This document shows, in pieces, positions 1 through 10,680 of a DNA stretch of 56,940 nucleotides. Numbering within the stretch: the first letter of the stretch is position 1; every line of letters begins with the position of its first letter. The position numbers were made by a program, and so were the translations under genes. The stretch is from contig JABMRF010000053.1 in NCBI GenBank assembly GCA_013202715.1, positions 1 through 56,940 on the forward strand. The letters run 5' to 3'. This DNA is from Candidatus Kuenenbacteria bacterium (GTDB lineage: Bacteria > Patescibacteriota > Patescibacteriia > UBA11705 > JABHMO01). The notes below the pieces were generated by a model. The model searched no databases, was not told the DNA's origin, and was given only the letters and a program-made list of their open reading frames with translations.

Positions 1-2175
1 ATGGATCAGACAAACCCTTTAGCTGAGCTTGAACATAAGCGCAGGTTATCAGCTATGGGACCTGGCGGTTTAACTCGTGAACGGGCCGGATTTGATGTGC
101 GTGATGTACATACTACTCATTATGGTCGTATTTGTCCGATTGCTACTCCGGAAGGGCCAAATATTGGTTTGGTTGGTCATTTGGCCAGCTATGCTTTGGT
201 TAATGATTATGGATTTATTGAAACTCCTTACTTTAAAATTAGACATAAGGTATTGAAAGATTTGAAAGATCCAAAATCTGGTGATGTTTTATTCAAAAAA
301 GACTCTGAGCCTAAAGGTGTTGATCTTGAACAAAGTTCAATCCCGACTTTGGAGCTAAAAGAAAATGTGGACTCCTGGTTAACTGATGACGTTGAATATT
401 TAAACGCTTTGAAAGAAGAAAAAGTAGTTACCGCAGCTTACGCTTCTAATGTTGATGGAAAAGGTAAATTTCTTGATGAGAAGGTCGGTTTGCGGGCATA
501 TTCAAAACCGCTGATTGATTATATTTACAAAGCGGATTACATGGATGTTTCTTCAAATCAGATTGTTAGTGTGGCAACTTCACTCATTCCTTTTCTAGAA
601 CATGATGATGCGACTCGCGCCCTGATGGGAACAAACATGCAACGTCAAGCTGTGCCATGTGTGATTCCTCAAGCCCCTGTAATTGGAACAGGTATGGAAG
701 AAAAGGCTGCTCGAGACTCAGGTCACTGCGCAATAGCGGCAGGTGATGGTGAAATTATTCATGTTCAGGGAGATCGAATCGAACTTCTAACGAAAAAAGG
801 AGAAGTTGTAAAATATTTTCTTAATAAATACGTTTGTTCTAATGCTTCAACCAGCATTAACCAAACTCCAACGGTAAATCTTGGTGACAAGGTTAAAAAA
901 GGACAACTTATTTCCGATGGCCCAGCCATTGATAATGGAGAATTAGCTTTGGGGCAAAATGTGTTAGTAGCTTACATGGCCTGGGGTGGATATAACTTCG
1001 AAGATGCGATTATTATTTCAGAAAAAATGGTTCAAGACGACCGTTACTCTTCAGTTTACATTGAAAACTATACAGTTGACGTTCGAGATACAAAACTTGG
1101 TTCAGAAATGGTAACCGCAGACATTCCAAATATTTCAGAAGAAAAATTAAATAATTTAGACGCCGAAGGTGTGGTTCGAATCGGTGCGACAGTAAAATCA
1201 GGAGATATCTTGGTTGGAAAAATTACTCCAAAGGGTGAAACTGAATTATCTGCCGAAGAAAAATTATTAAAAGCAATTTTTGGTGAAAAGGCCAGAGATG
1301 TTCGAGACACTTCACTTCGATTGGAACACGGTGAGCACGGTAAAGTTGTTGATATTAAAATCTTTTCACAAGAAAATGGTGATAAATTGTCTCCAGGTGT
1401 TATTAAATCCATTCAGATTACAATTGCCAACCTCAGAAAAGTTCAGGTGGGTGATAAGCTTGCCGGTCGGCATGGAAACAAGGGTGTGATTTCAAATATT
1501 GTGCCGGTTGCTGATTTGCCTTTCATGGAAGACGGAACTCCGGTTGATGTTATTTTGACTCCGCTCGGAATTGCTTCTCGAATGAACTTGGGCCAGGTCT
1601 TGGAAACTCATCTTGGTCTTGCTGCTCATAAATTGGGTTATAATGTGGCGACTCCAGTTTTGAACGGAGTATCAGGTGAAGTTATTAGAGGTGAATTGGA
1701 AAAGGCTGGTTACAACGCAGACGGCCAGGTTGTACTCTACAACGGTAAAACTGGTGAACCATTTGAACATAAAGTAACGGTTGGTTATAATTACATGTTG
1801 AAGCTTAACCATATGGTCGAAGACAAGATTCACCAACGTTCAATCGGTCCATACTCTCTAATTACTCAGCAGCCGCTCGGAGGTAAAGCTCAGTTTGGTG
1901 GACAACGTTTCGGAGAAATGGAAGTTTGGGCTCTAGAGGGCTATGGTGCTGCGCATACTTTGCAGGAAATTCTGACTATTAAATCAGATGATGTTTTGGG
2001 TCGCGCAAAAGCTTATGAATCCATTATCAAAGGAGAACCAATTAAACTTCAGAATGTACCAGAATCATTTAACGTGTTAGTTCGAGAATTAAAAGGATTA
2101 TGCTTGGATGTTGAACTGCTGAAAGACGGAAAGAAAATATCTACGGAAGAATCAGATGAAGACGATCGAAAATAA
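1..2175 (+). CDS. rpoB: DNA-directed RNA polymerase beta subunit, C-terminal part (5' truncated by window)
   Basis: Motifs [50 protein letters not shown]. Confidence 0.99.
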   Translation: MDQTNPLAELEHKRRLSAMGPGGLTRERAGFDVRDVHTTHYGRICPIATPEGPNIGLVGHLASYALVNDYGFIETPYFKIRHKVLKDLKDPKSGDVLFKKDSEPKGVDLEQSSIPTLELKENVDSWLTDDVEYLNALKEEKVVTAAYASNVDGKGKFLDEKVGLRAYSKPLIDYIYKADYMDVSSNQIVSVATSLIPFLEHDDATRALMGTNMQRQAVPCVIPQAPVIGTGMEEKAARDSGHCAIAAGDGEIIHVQGDRIELLTKKGEVVKYFLNKYVCSNASTSINQTPTVNLGDKVKKGQLISDGPAIDNGELALGQNVLVAYMAWGGYNFEDAIIISEKMVQDDRYSSVYIENYTVDVRDTKLGSEMVTADIPNISEEKLNNLDAEGVVRIGATVKSGDILVGKITPKGETELSAEEKLLKAIFGEKARDVRDTSLRLEHGEHGKVVDIKIFSQENGDKLSPGVIKSIQITIANLRKVQVGDKLAGRHGNKGVISNIVPVADLPFMEDGTPVDVILTPLGIASRMNLGQVLETHLGLAAHKLGYNVATPVLNGVSGEVIRGELEKAGYNADGQVVLYNGKTGEPFEHKVTVGYNYMLKLNHMVEDKIHQRSIGPYSLITQQPLGGKAQFGGQRFGEMEVWALEGYGAAHTLQEILTIKSDDVLGRAKAYESIIKGEPIKLQNVPESFNVLVRELKGLCLDVELLKDGKKISTEESDEDDRK

Positions 2176-2211
2176 ATAATATAACTATATATAATATAAC
2201 AATATAATTCT

Positions 2212-5200
2212 ATGAGTTTAGAAAGTTTAAAAATAAATGATTTTGACGCAATTCGCTTAAAGCTTGCTTCACAAGAGGACATTCGATCTTGGTCCTACGG
2301 AGAAGTGATGCGTCCAGAAACAATTAACTATCGAACCCAGAAACCAGAAAAAGACGGGCTTTTCTGCGAAAAGATTTTTGGTCCAAGCAAGGACTGGGAA
2401 TGTTATTGTGGAAAATATAAAAAAATTCGTTATAAGGGGATTGTTTGTGATAAATGTGGTGTGGAAGTTACCAGAGCAGTTGTCAGACGACAGAGAATGG
2501 GCCACATTAATTTAGCCGTTCCAGTATCTCATATTTGGTTTTTGCGTGGCGTTCCTTCGAAAGTAGGTTTAATTTTAGATTTATCAATTCAAAAACTGGA
2601 AAAAGTTATCTACTTTGCAAATTTTATTGTCACGGATGTTGATGAGGACCTCAAGAAACAGGAAGTTGAGAATCTAAAGAAAGAGTATGTATCCAAGCAA
2701 AAGGCAATCAGCTCACAATCTGCTCAGAAGATGAACATGATCAAGGAAAATAAAGAAATGGCTGGAGCGGAAATGAAAAAGGCCCTTTTGGAAGCCGACA
2801 AAGAAAAAACTGAGATGATCGAAGAGCTTGATGAAGATTATTCAGTCACAGAAAAAGAACTTAAAGAATTAAAACCACTAAAAATCATTTCAGAAATTGA
2901 TTATCAAGACATGTCACTCAAATATGGTCATGTTTTTGAAGCTGGAATCGGAGCGGAGGCCATTCGTAAACTTTTAGAAAGAGTTGATATTACCAAATTG
3001 ATTAATGAACTAAATGAAGAATTGAAAACTGACAAGGGCGCACGCAGAAAGAAGTTAATCAATCGAGTCAAATTATTAAAGAGTTTAAAAAGAAATAAAA
3101 TCAAATCTGAACAGATGATTTTAACCGCTTTGCCGGTTATTCCTCCGGACCTTCGTCCGATGGTTCCGCTCGATGGTGGCCGTTATGCTACTTCAGATTT
3201 AAATGATTTATATCGCCGAGTGATTTCAAGAAATAACCGTTTGAGACGTTTGCTTGAGTTAAATGCGCCAGAAGTTATTATCAGAAATGAAAAAAGAATG
3301 TTGCAAGAAGCGTGTGATGCTTTGATTGATAATTCTGCTCGACAAAGCAAAACTACCACAGCTTCTACCGGGCAAAAAAGAAAATTAAAATCCATTGCTG
3401 ATTATCTAAAAGGAAAAAGAGGAAGATTTCGTCAGAATTTGCTTGGTAAGAGAATTGACTATTCCGGTCGAAGTGTAATTGTGATAGGTCCTGACCTGCG
3501 TTTGCATCAGTGTGGTATCCCAAAGAAAATGGCCTTGGAATTGTTCAAACCATTTGTAATCAGCCAATTGATCAAAAAAGAATACGTTCATAATATTCGT
3601 AGCGCGAATCGGTTTATTGAAGCTGATCGTCCTGAGGTCTGGGATATTTTGGAAAAGATTGTCAAAGAGGCGCACGTTCTTCTAAATCGTGCCCCTACCC
3701 TGCATAGACTTGGTATTCAGGCTTTTCAACCGGTTTTGATCGAAGGAAAAGCGATTCAATTGCATCCTTTGGTTTGTTCAGCTTTCAACGCTGACTTCGA
3801 CGGTGACCAAATGGCGGTACATCTGCCTTTGACTGAGGAAGCAAAGACAGAAGCTAAAGAAAAAATGCTGGCCAGTAAGAATTTGCTAAAACCGGCAACC
3901 GGAAATTCTATTGTAACACCGACCATGGATATGGTTTGGGGTTCATATTATGTTACATCACAGATGGATCGCAAAGATCCTGTAAAGATATTTGCATCAG
4001 TAAAAGAAGCAAAAATTGCCTATGATCTTCGGAAAATAAACTTGAGGCAGGTGATCAAAGTAAAAGTAAACAAAGGCGAATTGGCCAGTAAGATAAAAGA
4101 GAATATTTTCGAAACTTCATTGGGCAGAATTTTATTTAACAATTTACTTCCTTCGAAAATGCCGTATTTCGATGAATTGATTGACAAGAAAAAAATGGCT
4201 TACATTGTTCAGCTTTGTTTAGAGTTTTACGGATTTGAAAAAACTGCAATTGTGCTGGATAATATCAAGGATTTTGGATTTAAGCAGCTAACAAAAACCG
4301 GCTTTTCATGGGGCATGGGAGATTTACCTGACGTTGAAGGAAAACAAGCTCAAATTGAAAAGGGAATGAAAGAAGTGGATGAAGTTCAAAGTCAATATGA
4401 AGAAGGATTGTTAACAAATGATGAAAGATATAGCAAAGTTATTGAAGTTTGGACCAGAATAAAAGATGAAGTTACCAAAATGAGTCAGAACGTGCTTGCA
4501 GAGGGTGGCTCAGTCCATACCATGATTAATTCAGGTGCCCGTGGATCATGGGGCCAGCTGGCTCAGATGCTTGGAATGAAAGGATTGGTAACAAATCCAG
4601 CCGGACAAATTATTGAATTGCCGGTAAAAGCAAGTTTCAAAGAAGGATTCTCGGTTTTGGAATATTATATTTCAACTCATGGTACTCGAAAGGGTTTATC
4701 TGATACCGCGCTTCGTACCGCTAACGCTGGTTATTTAACAAGACGTTTGGTTGACGTGGCCCAGGACATTGTTATTAAACAAGATGATTGTAAAATTGAT
4801 AAAGGACGAGTAATTACAAAAAAAGAAAGTGATGAAATGGGCTTGAAATTGGTGGAGCGCATCGTCGGGCGATATTTAGTTGAGGCAATCAAAAGTGAAA
4901 AAACCGGTAAAGTGGTGGTAAAGGCAGGTGAGCTGATTACGGAAGAAATTGCCAGAAAACTGGAAAAAGTTGAATTTAATTCTGTCCATATTCGTTCACT
5001 ATTAAATTGTAAGTTAATCAAAGGGGCCTGCAAAAAATGTTATGGTTATGATTTGGCTTACAATCAACCGGTTGAAATGGGGACCGCAGTTGGAATTATT
5101 GCGGCACAGAGTATTGGTGAGCCTGGAACTCAGTTGACTATGAGAACTTTTCATACTGGTGGTGTAGCCGGCGGTGATGATATTACACAGGGTCTTCCTC

Positions 5201-6108
5201 GAGTCGAAGAAATTTTTGAGGCTCGACCGCCAAAAAAGAAGGCTTTGATTGCTGACGCTGATGGGTTAATTTCAGTTGAAGAGCAAGAAAGAACAATCCA
5301 GGGACCAAAAGGTGAAATTATTGCCAAGACTTCATTTGGGCAAAGAATATTAAAGATTACTACAGACGAAAGAGAAGAGGATGTTTATGATCTGAAGCCT
5401 GAGTTTACCCTAAAAGTAAAAAACGGGGCAACTATTGGTGAAAAAGACGTTCTATATATCGACGCTGCCAAGAAAAAAGTCAAAGCAAAGCGTTATGGTA
5501 TCGCTGAATTAACAGATACTGAATTAAAAGTCATCAGCACCGTTGATAGTGTAAAAGAATTCATTATTCCTCCGGGAACTGTGCTTTGGGTAAAAGATGG
5601 CGAGATGGTGAAGAGAGGCGCGCAGTTGACTGAAGGTAGTTTAGACCTGTCGCAGCTTTACAAAATTAGCGGTCGCCTAGCAGTTCAAGATTATATTCTT
5701 AAAGAAATTCAATATATTTATTCTTCTCAGGGTCAGAAATTGAACGACAAGCACGTGGAATTGATTTCCCGCCAGATGTTTTCCAGAGTTTATGTTGAAA
5801 ACTCAGGAGATACTGATTTGCTGGAAGGTGAAGTTGTCGAAAAAGCAACTTTCTTTGAAGCAAATAAAAATATTAAAAAGGGAGGTAAAAAGGCTGCTGG
5901 AGATGAAATATTCTTGGGAATCTCTAAAGTCTCTTTGTCAACAAACAGCTTTTTGTCTGCCGCTTCTTTTCAGGAAACAGCCCGTGTCCTAATTAACGCC
6001 GCTGTAACCGGACGAATTGATTCCCTGGAAGGATTGAAAGAAAATGTAATTATTGGTAGATTGATTCCAGCCGGAACAGGTTTTCAAAAGCAAGTTAAAT
6101 CTAAATAA
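2212..6108 (+). CDS. rpoC: DNA-directed RNA polymerase beta' subunit
   Basis: NADFDGDQMAVH catalytic motif, N-terminal Zn finger, follows rpoB. Confidence 0.99.
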   Translation: MSLESLKINDFDAIRLKLASQEDIRSWSYGEVMRPETINYRTQKPEKDGLFCEKIFGPSKDWECYCGKYKKIRYKGIVCDKCGVEVTRAVVRRQRMGHINLAVPVSHIWFLRGVPSKVGLILDLSIQKLEKVIYFANFIVTDVDEDLKKQEVENLKKEYVSKQKAISSQSAQKMNMIKENKEMAGAEMKKALLEADKEKTEMIEELDEDYSVTEKELKELKPLKIISEIDYQDMSLKYGHVFEAGIGAEAIRKLLERVDITKLINELNEELKTDKGARRKKLINRVKLLKSLKRNKIKSEQMILTALPVIPPDLRPMVPLDGGRYATSDLNDLYRRVISRNNRLRRLLELNAPEVIIRNEKRMLQEACDALIDNSARQSKTTTASTGQKRKLKSIADYLKGKRGRFRQNLLGKRIDYSGRSVIVIGPDLRLHQCGIPKKMALELFKPFVISQLIKKEYVHNIRSANRFIEADRPEVWDILEKIVKEAHVLLNRAPTLHRLGIQAFQPVLIEGKAIQLHPLVCSAFNADFDGDQMAVHLPLTEEAKTEAKEKMLASKNLLKPATGNSIVTPTMDMVWGSYYVTSQMDRKDPVKIFASVKEAKIAYDLRKINLRQVIKVKVNKGELASKIKENIFETSLGRILFNNLLPSKMPYFDELIDKKKMAYIVQLCLEFYGFEKTAIVLDNIKDFGFKQLTKTGFSWGMGDLPDVEGKQAQIEKGMKEVDEVQSQYEEGLLTNDERYSKVIEVWTRIKDEVTKMSQNVLAEGGSVHTMINSGARGSWGQLAQMLGMKGLVTNPAGQIIELPVKASFKEGFSVLEYYISTHGTRKGLSDTALRTANAGYLTRRLVDVAQDIVIKQDDCKIDKGRVITKKESDEMGLKLVERIVGRYLVEAIKSEKTGKVVVKAGELITEEIARKLEKVEFNSVHIRSLLNCKLIKGACKKCYGYDLAYNQPVEMGTAVGIIAAQSIGEPGTQLTMRTFHTGGVAGGDDITQGLPRVEEIFEARPPKKKALIADADGLISVEEQERTIQGPKGEIIAKTSFGQRILKITTDEREEDVYDLKPEFTLKVKNGATIGEKDVLYIDAAKKKVKAKRYGIAELTDTELKVISTVDSVKEFIIPPGTVLWVKDGEMVKRGAQLTEGSLDLSQLYKISGRLAVQDYILKEIQYIYSSQGQKLNDKHVELISRQMFSRVYVENSGDTDLLEGEVVEKATFFEANKNIKKGGKKAAGDEIFLGISKVSLSTNSFLSAASFQETARVLINAAVTGRIDSLEGLKENVIIGRLIPAGTGFQKQVKSK

Positions 6109-6128
6109 AATAGTTAAACATAGGTAAT

Positions 6129-8027
6129 ATGGCCAAATCAAGTTTATTAAAAAACTTAATTATTTTCATTGTCGTATTTTTGTTTATTGGCAGTATTTTT
6201 AGTCTATATAATGTCTCTGAAAAACAAGAAGAGCAAATAAATATCCAGAAAATGATTGAGCAGATTGAACAGGAAAAAGTACAGAAAATCGAAATTGAAG
6301 GAAGTATTTTGCATTTGACTTTAAATGACGACACCAAGCAGAAATTGAAAAAAGAAAATTCTGAATCTTTATCAGAATTGTTGAATAATTTTAATGTTGA
6401 TCAACAAAAAATAAAAAAGATCGCTATTGAAGTCAAAGAAGAGAGCGGGTTCAGTTATTGGATGACAAATTTGCTACCATTTTTGATCCCGTTTTTATTT
6501 ATCGCTATCTTTATTTGGTATATGTTACGGCAGGTTCAGGGTGCAAACACAAAGGCGATGGGATTTGGTCAGAGCAAAGCCAGGCAAGTAAAACCTGACG
6601 GAAAAGATAAAACTACTTTTAAAAATGTTGCTGGTGTAAAAGAGGCGAAGGAAGAACTGGAAGAAATTGTTGAGTTTCTTAAGTTCCCTAAAAAGTTTAC
6701 TTCACTTGGCGCGAAAATTCCAAAGGGCGTACTATTAATGGGCGCACCGGGAACAGGAAAAACATTATTGGCAAAAGCGGTTGCCGGTGAGGCAAATGTT
6801 CCATTCTTCACAATTTCAGGTTCTGAATTTGTGGAAATGTTTGTTGGTGTTGGTGCTTCTCGTGTTCGTGATTTATTTAAAAAAGCGAAAAAGCAAGCTC
6901 CCTGCATTATATTTATTGATGAAATAGATGCCGTTGGAAGGCAAAGAGGCGCTGGACTTGGTGGTTCACACGACGAGCGTGAACAAACTCTCAACCAAAT
7001 TTTGGTTGAAATGGACGGTTTTGATCCTCATGCAAATGTGATTGTGATGGCAGCTACGAATCGACCTGATGTGTTAGATCCAGCATTGCTCCGACCTGGT
7101 CGATTTGATAGGCGCGTAATTCTTGAATTACCGGACATCAATGATCGAGAGTCTATTCTAAAAGTCCACTCAAAGCAAAAACCACTTGTAAAAGAAATAA
7201 ATCTGAGGCAGATTGCTGAGCGAACTCCTGGGTTCTCCGGAGCTGACCTCGCGAACCTTTTTAATGAAGCTGCAATCTTGACTGCGCGAAGAGACAAGAA
7301 AAAAGTTTCTCAGGCGGAATTGATTGAAAGTATTGAAAAGGTAATGCTTGGGCCTGAGCGAAAGAGCCATATTCTTTCCAAAGAAGAAAAGAAGATTACT
7401 GCGGTTCACGAAGCTGGACACGCGCTTGTTTCTCATATCCTTCCTCACTCAGATCCGGTTCACAAGGTTTCTATCATTTCAAGAGGACGAGCTGCTGGCT
7501 ATACCATGAACTTGCCGGAAACTGACAAGTACATGCATGCGAAATCAGAATATATTGATGATCTGGCTGTTTTATTAGCGGGACATACTGCGGAAAAGCT
7601 GGAATTTGGTGAAGTTACCACTGGCGCTTCCAATGATCTTAATCGCGCTACTCAATTGGCTCGTAGTCTGATTACTCAGTACGGTATGAGTGACAACCTG
7701 GCTCCACGCGTTTATGGCAAAAAAGAGGAAATGGTTTTTCTTGGTCGTGATCTCCACGAACAACGTAACTATTCCGAGAAAGTAGCGGAAGAAATTGACA
7801 CGGAGATTGATTCTATGATTAGAGCAGCTGCAAAGACTGCGGAAAAAGTTATTAACGAGAATAATGATAAGATGGACAAGATAGTTAAAAAACTTCTTAA
7901 AGATGAGACGGTTGAGAAGGATGAGTTTCTTGAACTTATGGGCGTGAAGGTTGAGAAAGTGGAAGAGGTTGAGGAAAAAAAAGAGGAGAAAGAGGGTGAA
8001 GTGAAAAAGGAAGTTAAAGAAGATTAA
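6129..8027 (+). CDS. ftsH: ATP-dependent zinc metalloprotease FtsH
   Basis: Two N-terminal TM segments, Walker A GAPGTGKT, Walker [14 protein letters not shown] zinc motif. Confidence 0.98.
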   Translation: MAKSSLLKNLIIFIVVFLFIGSIFSLYNVSEKQEEQINIQKMIEQIEQEKVQKIEIEGSILHLTLNDDTKQKLKKENSESLSELLNNFNVDQQKIKKIAIEVKEESGFSYWMTNLLPFLIPFLFIAIFIWYMLRQVQGANTKAMGFGQSKARQVKPDGKDKTTFKNVAGVKEAKEELEEIVEFLKFPKKFTSLGAKIPKGVLLMGAPGTGKTLLAKAVAGEANVPFFTISGSEFVEMFVGVGASRVRDLFKKAKKQAPCIIFIDEIDAVGRQRGAGLGGSHDEREQTLNQILVEMDGFDPHANVIVMAATNRPDVLDPALLRPGRFDRRVILELPDINDRESILKVHSKQKPLVKEINLRQIAERTPGFSGADLANLFNEAAILTARRDKKKVSQAELIESIEKVMLGPERKSHILSKEEKKITAVHEAGHALVSHILPHSDPVHKVSIISRGRAAGYTMNLPETDKYMHAKSEYIDDLAVLLAGHTAEKLEFGEVTTGASNDLNRATQLARSLITQYGMSDNLAPRVYGKKEEMVFLGRDLHEQRNYSEKVAEEIDTEIDSMIRAAAKTAEKVINENNDKMDKIVKKLLKDETVEKDEFLELMGVKVEKVEEVEEKKEEKEGEVKKEVKED

Positions 8028-8097
8028 AGTAATAGAGAGAATCTACTTAATATAGATGTCATTGCGAGGCGCCCGCGAAGCAGGGAGCCGAAGCAAT

Positions 8098-8132
8098 AAA
8101 AACAAGCGGCTGTGAGTCGCTTGTTTTGTTTT
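8098..8132 (+). terminator. Probable intrinsic terminator of rpoBC-ftsH
   Basis: AAAACAAGCGGC-tgtga-GTCGCTTGTTTT hairpin followed by T tract. Confidence 0.6.
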
Positions 8133-8143
8133 CTGAGATTTCC

Positions 8144-8179
8144 ACGGTCAGGCGAGCCTTCGAAGGCTCGCCTGACCGT
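8144..8179. repeat. Perfect 36-bp palindrome, REP-like (GTCAGGCG...CGCCTGAC family)
   Basis: ACGGTCAGGCGAGCCTTC|GAAGGCTCGCCTGACCGT; related copy at 10631-10662. Confidence 0.8.
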
Positions 8180-8183
8180 ACTA

Positions 8184-8212
8184 TTGACAATTTGAAGTAT
8201 TTCCCTTAAACT
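8184..8212 (+). promoter_or_regulatory. Sigma70-type promoter upstream of the stem-loop array
   Basis: TTGACA-17 nt-TAAACT; predicted start ~8219, just before unit 1. Confidence 0.7.
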
Positions 8213-8219
8213 TTAAAGA

Positions 8220-8486
8220 AGGGATAAAAGGAGTTGGAATTTATTTTTAACGACAGTCCAATTGTTTAATCCCTGAAATTGAATGGTTCCTTACAATCAG
8301 ACGAAAGCAGCAATGTTCAAATTGAACGAGTGAGGTTCTGTCTGATTATTGAAAGTAAGATCAAAATGAACGATGAGCAGACTGTTTCCAAGAAACGATT
8401 TCTCTCTTGTTCATTAAGTAATAAATTATAAAAAAAAATGGACGAAGAACTTGATGTTTTTAGAAACGATGCTCTCGCTGTCCATT
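8220..8486 (+). ncRNA. Array of four stem-loop units, each with two 9-nt variable segments in ACGA-N9-TGT frames (TIGR/bridge-RNA-like guide array candidate)
   Basis: Units 8220-8274, 8295-8347, 8365-8415, 8437-8486; 7 exact ACGA-N9-TGT motifs plus one degenerate AGGA-N9-TAT; outer stems pair in each unit. Confidence 0.7.
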
Positions 8487-8489
8487 GCC

Positions 8490-8522
8490 CAAAAACCTGT
8501 CGCCACTCCGCGGCAGTTTTTT
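8490..8522 (+). terminator. Possible terminator after the array
   Basis: AAAAACCTGTCGC...GCGGCAGTTTTTT. Confidence 0.45.
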
Positions 8523-8530
8523 ATACTTTG

Positions 8531-8668
8531 AAAGAGGGCTCCATAGTTGCGAAGCACTGTGGATCCCAGTAGGGGGAGCTTCTTAATTACTGCAATTTTT
8601 CAATGTCCCCTAACAGGGCTCCACAGCTCTTCTCCGTTTCACTCTGAAGAGACTATGGAGCCCCCTTT
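8531..8668. ncRNA. Rod-shaped structured RNA candidate, 6S RNA-like
   Basis: Closing stem 8531-8546/8653-8668, central bubble with small CTCTTC/GAAGAG hairpin, inner stems CTGTGGA/TCCACAG and TAGGGG/CCCCTA. Confidence 0.45.
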
Positions 8669-8810
8669 TTATAGATTGACAAACCCTCCAACTTAAACTA
8701 AGATAATAGCAATGTAAATTGTTCATGTATCGAGATTTTGGAAATATTAATACTTTAATAAATACATGAACATTGAGCAAAGCCGAAATGTCCTTTTTGG
8801 GAGGTCCATA

Positions 8811-9134
8811 ATGCAAATAAAAACGGAACCGATCATTTGGCGCCTGGAAAATCTTGATGAATGGGGAAAGGAAGATTTCTGGTGGAAGAATTTGTTGAGT
8901 TCATTCAAGCGACGGTTCAAAGTCTATGTGCCTGAGATGGTTGGTCGCCTCAGACATCGGATGCTGATGGAAGACAAACTCGACGAACGAGGATTTTTCC
9001 TTTGCATTGTCAAAGTTTTTTCACGTGACGCAGTTCTCAAACCAGCTTTGATTGAAGAGTTTATTGTTCTTTTACTTTCGGACAACGATCCGTTTTTTAA
9101 AAAAGTAAATAAAATTATAAAAGAAGAACTGTAA
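8811..9134 (+). CDS. Hypothetical protein (107 aa)
   Basis: GGAGG SD before ATG 8811, TTGACA-17-TAAGAT promoter at ~8676, hairpin terminator after stop. Confidence 0.7.
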   Translation: MQIKTEPIIWRLENLDEWGKEDFWWKNLLSSFKRRFKVYVPEMVGRLRHRMLMEDKLDERGFFLCIVKVFSRDAVLKPALIEEFIVLLLSDNDPFFKKVNKIIKEEL

Positions 9135-9380
9135 TAGCCCAAATACGTAGCCCTAATCAAATTGGGGCTTTTTTTTTGTAAAATGTGCATGTTGATAAAT
9201 GATTGTGCAATATTTTTTATATTTTGTAAAAATGTGCTATAATATAATCACAAATGTAAAATGCAAAGTGCAAAACCACATACTAAAATTGAAATTTCAA
9301 AATTAAATTTTAGCTAGTATTAATTTTTATTTTGGATTTTGATTGTGGTTTTACATTTTAATTTTTGCATTTCCAAAAAT

Positions 9381-10391
9381 ATGGTTCCATTCTATCGTTT
9401 AATTTTAAAAAGAGCTCTATCAATCAGCTGGAAAAATAAGTGGCTGTGGGTTTTAGCGTTCTTTGCCGCCTTTATTGGTAATGGCGGAGTATATGAAGCG
9501 CTTCTGCGCGGATTTAATAATATCTCAGAAGGCCGTTCAGTTTTTTACGCGCTTAGTGAGTATACCCAGTCGGGTATTTTAGGCATGTTTTCCTGGAGTA
9601 ATATTTCTGCACTTTGGTATAGCGATCCTGCTGCGCTTGGCATGAATGTCTTTGCTATGCTTTTGATTTTGTGTCTTTTAGCAGTTTTAATAAGTCTCGG
9701 AGTTATTGGTCAGGGCGGTGTGATTCGTGGCGTAATTAGCCGAGATGAAAAAAAGAAAACTAATTTTAAAGAAAATTTTCATGCCGGACTGGAACGGTTT
9801 TGGCAGATTCTGGAATTAAATGTAATTACCAAGGTTGTCTTGCTTGGAATTTTAATGTTCCTGGCTTACCTAGCTTCACTGATAACTTTCCAAAGCGCTG
9901 TGTTGAATATATTTGTCTATGTTTTAGCGTTTATCATATTTATAATTTTAGGAATAATAATTTACTTCCTGACAATATACGGTACCGCCTTTGTTGTTCT
10001 CCGAAAAAAGGGTCCATTCTCCGGACTAAAAGCGGCCTGGCATTTATTCTCTAAAAATGTATTACTGAATTTGGAAATGGGCTTTCTGCTATTCATAATC
10101 AACATCATTGTTGCAATTCTGTTTCTTGTGGCAACATTCATTTTGCTTTCTCCATTCATGCTTTTGTACTTCATTTTTTTAATGTCCGCAGCCAATATTG
10201 CTGCTGCCATTATAATGGTTATCATGAGCATCATATTTATTATCTTTATGGTTTTGATTGGATCATGGTGGAGTACTTTTCAGCTTGGCGCTTGGGCAAT
10301 CTTATTTGAAGAACTGGCACTTTTGGGCGGAAAATCAAAAGTTCAGAGATTGTATGAACATGTGGCGAAAAAAACAAAGACAAAGAAATAA
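9381..10391 (+). CDS. Multi-pass membrane protein (CPR-common, GDPD membrane-domain-like)
   Basis: ~7 hydrophobic segments; ATG at 9381 preferred over upstream TTG inside a repeat. Confidence 0.75.
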   Translation: MVPFYRLILKRALSISWKNKWLWVLAFFAAFIGNGGVYEALLRGFNNISEGRSVFYALSEYTQSGILGMFSWSNISALWYSDPAALGMNVFAMLLILCLLAVLISLGVIGQGGVIRGVISRDEKKKTNFKENFHAGLERFWQILELNVITKVVLLGILMFLAYLASLITFQSAVLNIFVYVLAFIIFIILGIIIYFLTIYGTAFVVLRKKGPFSGLKAAWHLFSKNVLLNLEMGFLLFIINIIVAILFLVATFILLSPFMLLYFIFLMSAANIAAAIIMVIMSIIFIIFMVLIGSWWSTFQLGAWAILFEELALLGGKSKVQRLYEHVAKKTKTKK

Positions 10392-10630
10392 ATTTGCAAC
10401 TTGGCATTTGTCATTTGGCATTTTCATACAGGATATCCTCCACACTGGGAGGGGAAAATAACCCTTCGGCTACCCAGCGATCTCTTTTCATAATGTTTGG
10501 AGTCGTGAGGTTGCTCAGGGTGACAAAAACAAAAAAAAGAAGAAGCTGCTGTAAAGGCGGTTTCTTCTTTTTTTTAACAACAAAACAGAGCTTCAATCTC
10601 GAAGCTCTGTTTTTCTTTTAAAAAGTATCC

Positions 10631-10662
10631 AGTCAGGCGCGACGCCTCCGTCGCGCCTGACT
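10631..10662. repeat. REP-like palindrome
   Basis: AGTCAGGCGCGACG-cctc-CGTCGCGCCTGACT, same arms as 8144-8179. Confidence 0.7.
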
Positions 10663-10680
10663 AGGTGATTCAATTTTACC

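Noticed and set aside
5089-5101. 13-nt match in rpoC (GTTGGAATTATTG) to unit-1 spacer A + revcomp(B)
   Set aside because: The remaining 5 nt mismatch and the sequence is AT-rich; not enough to claim self-targeting.
1068-7763. Numerous antisense or alternate-frame ORFs within rpoB, rpoC and ftsH (and likewise in other long genes)
   Set aside because: Shadow ORFs of well-supported genes.
8220-8486. Array as CRISPR or as a coding region
   Set aside because: No 23-47 bp direct repeat; conservation is limited to short boxes and pairing; no substantial ORF.
10394-10621. Short ORFs on both strands after the membrane protein
   Set aside because: They span terminator hairpins and low-complexity tracts, with no SD or recognisable motif.
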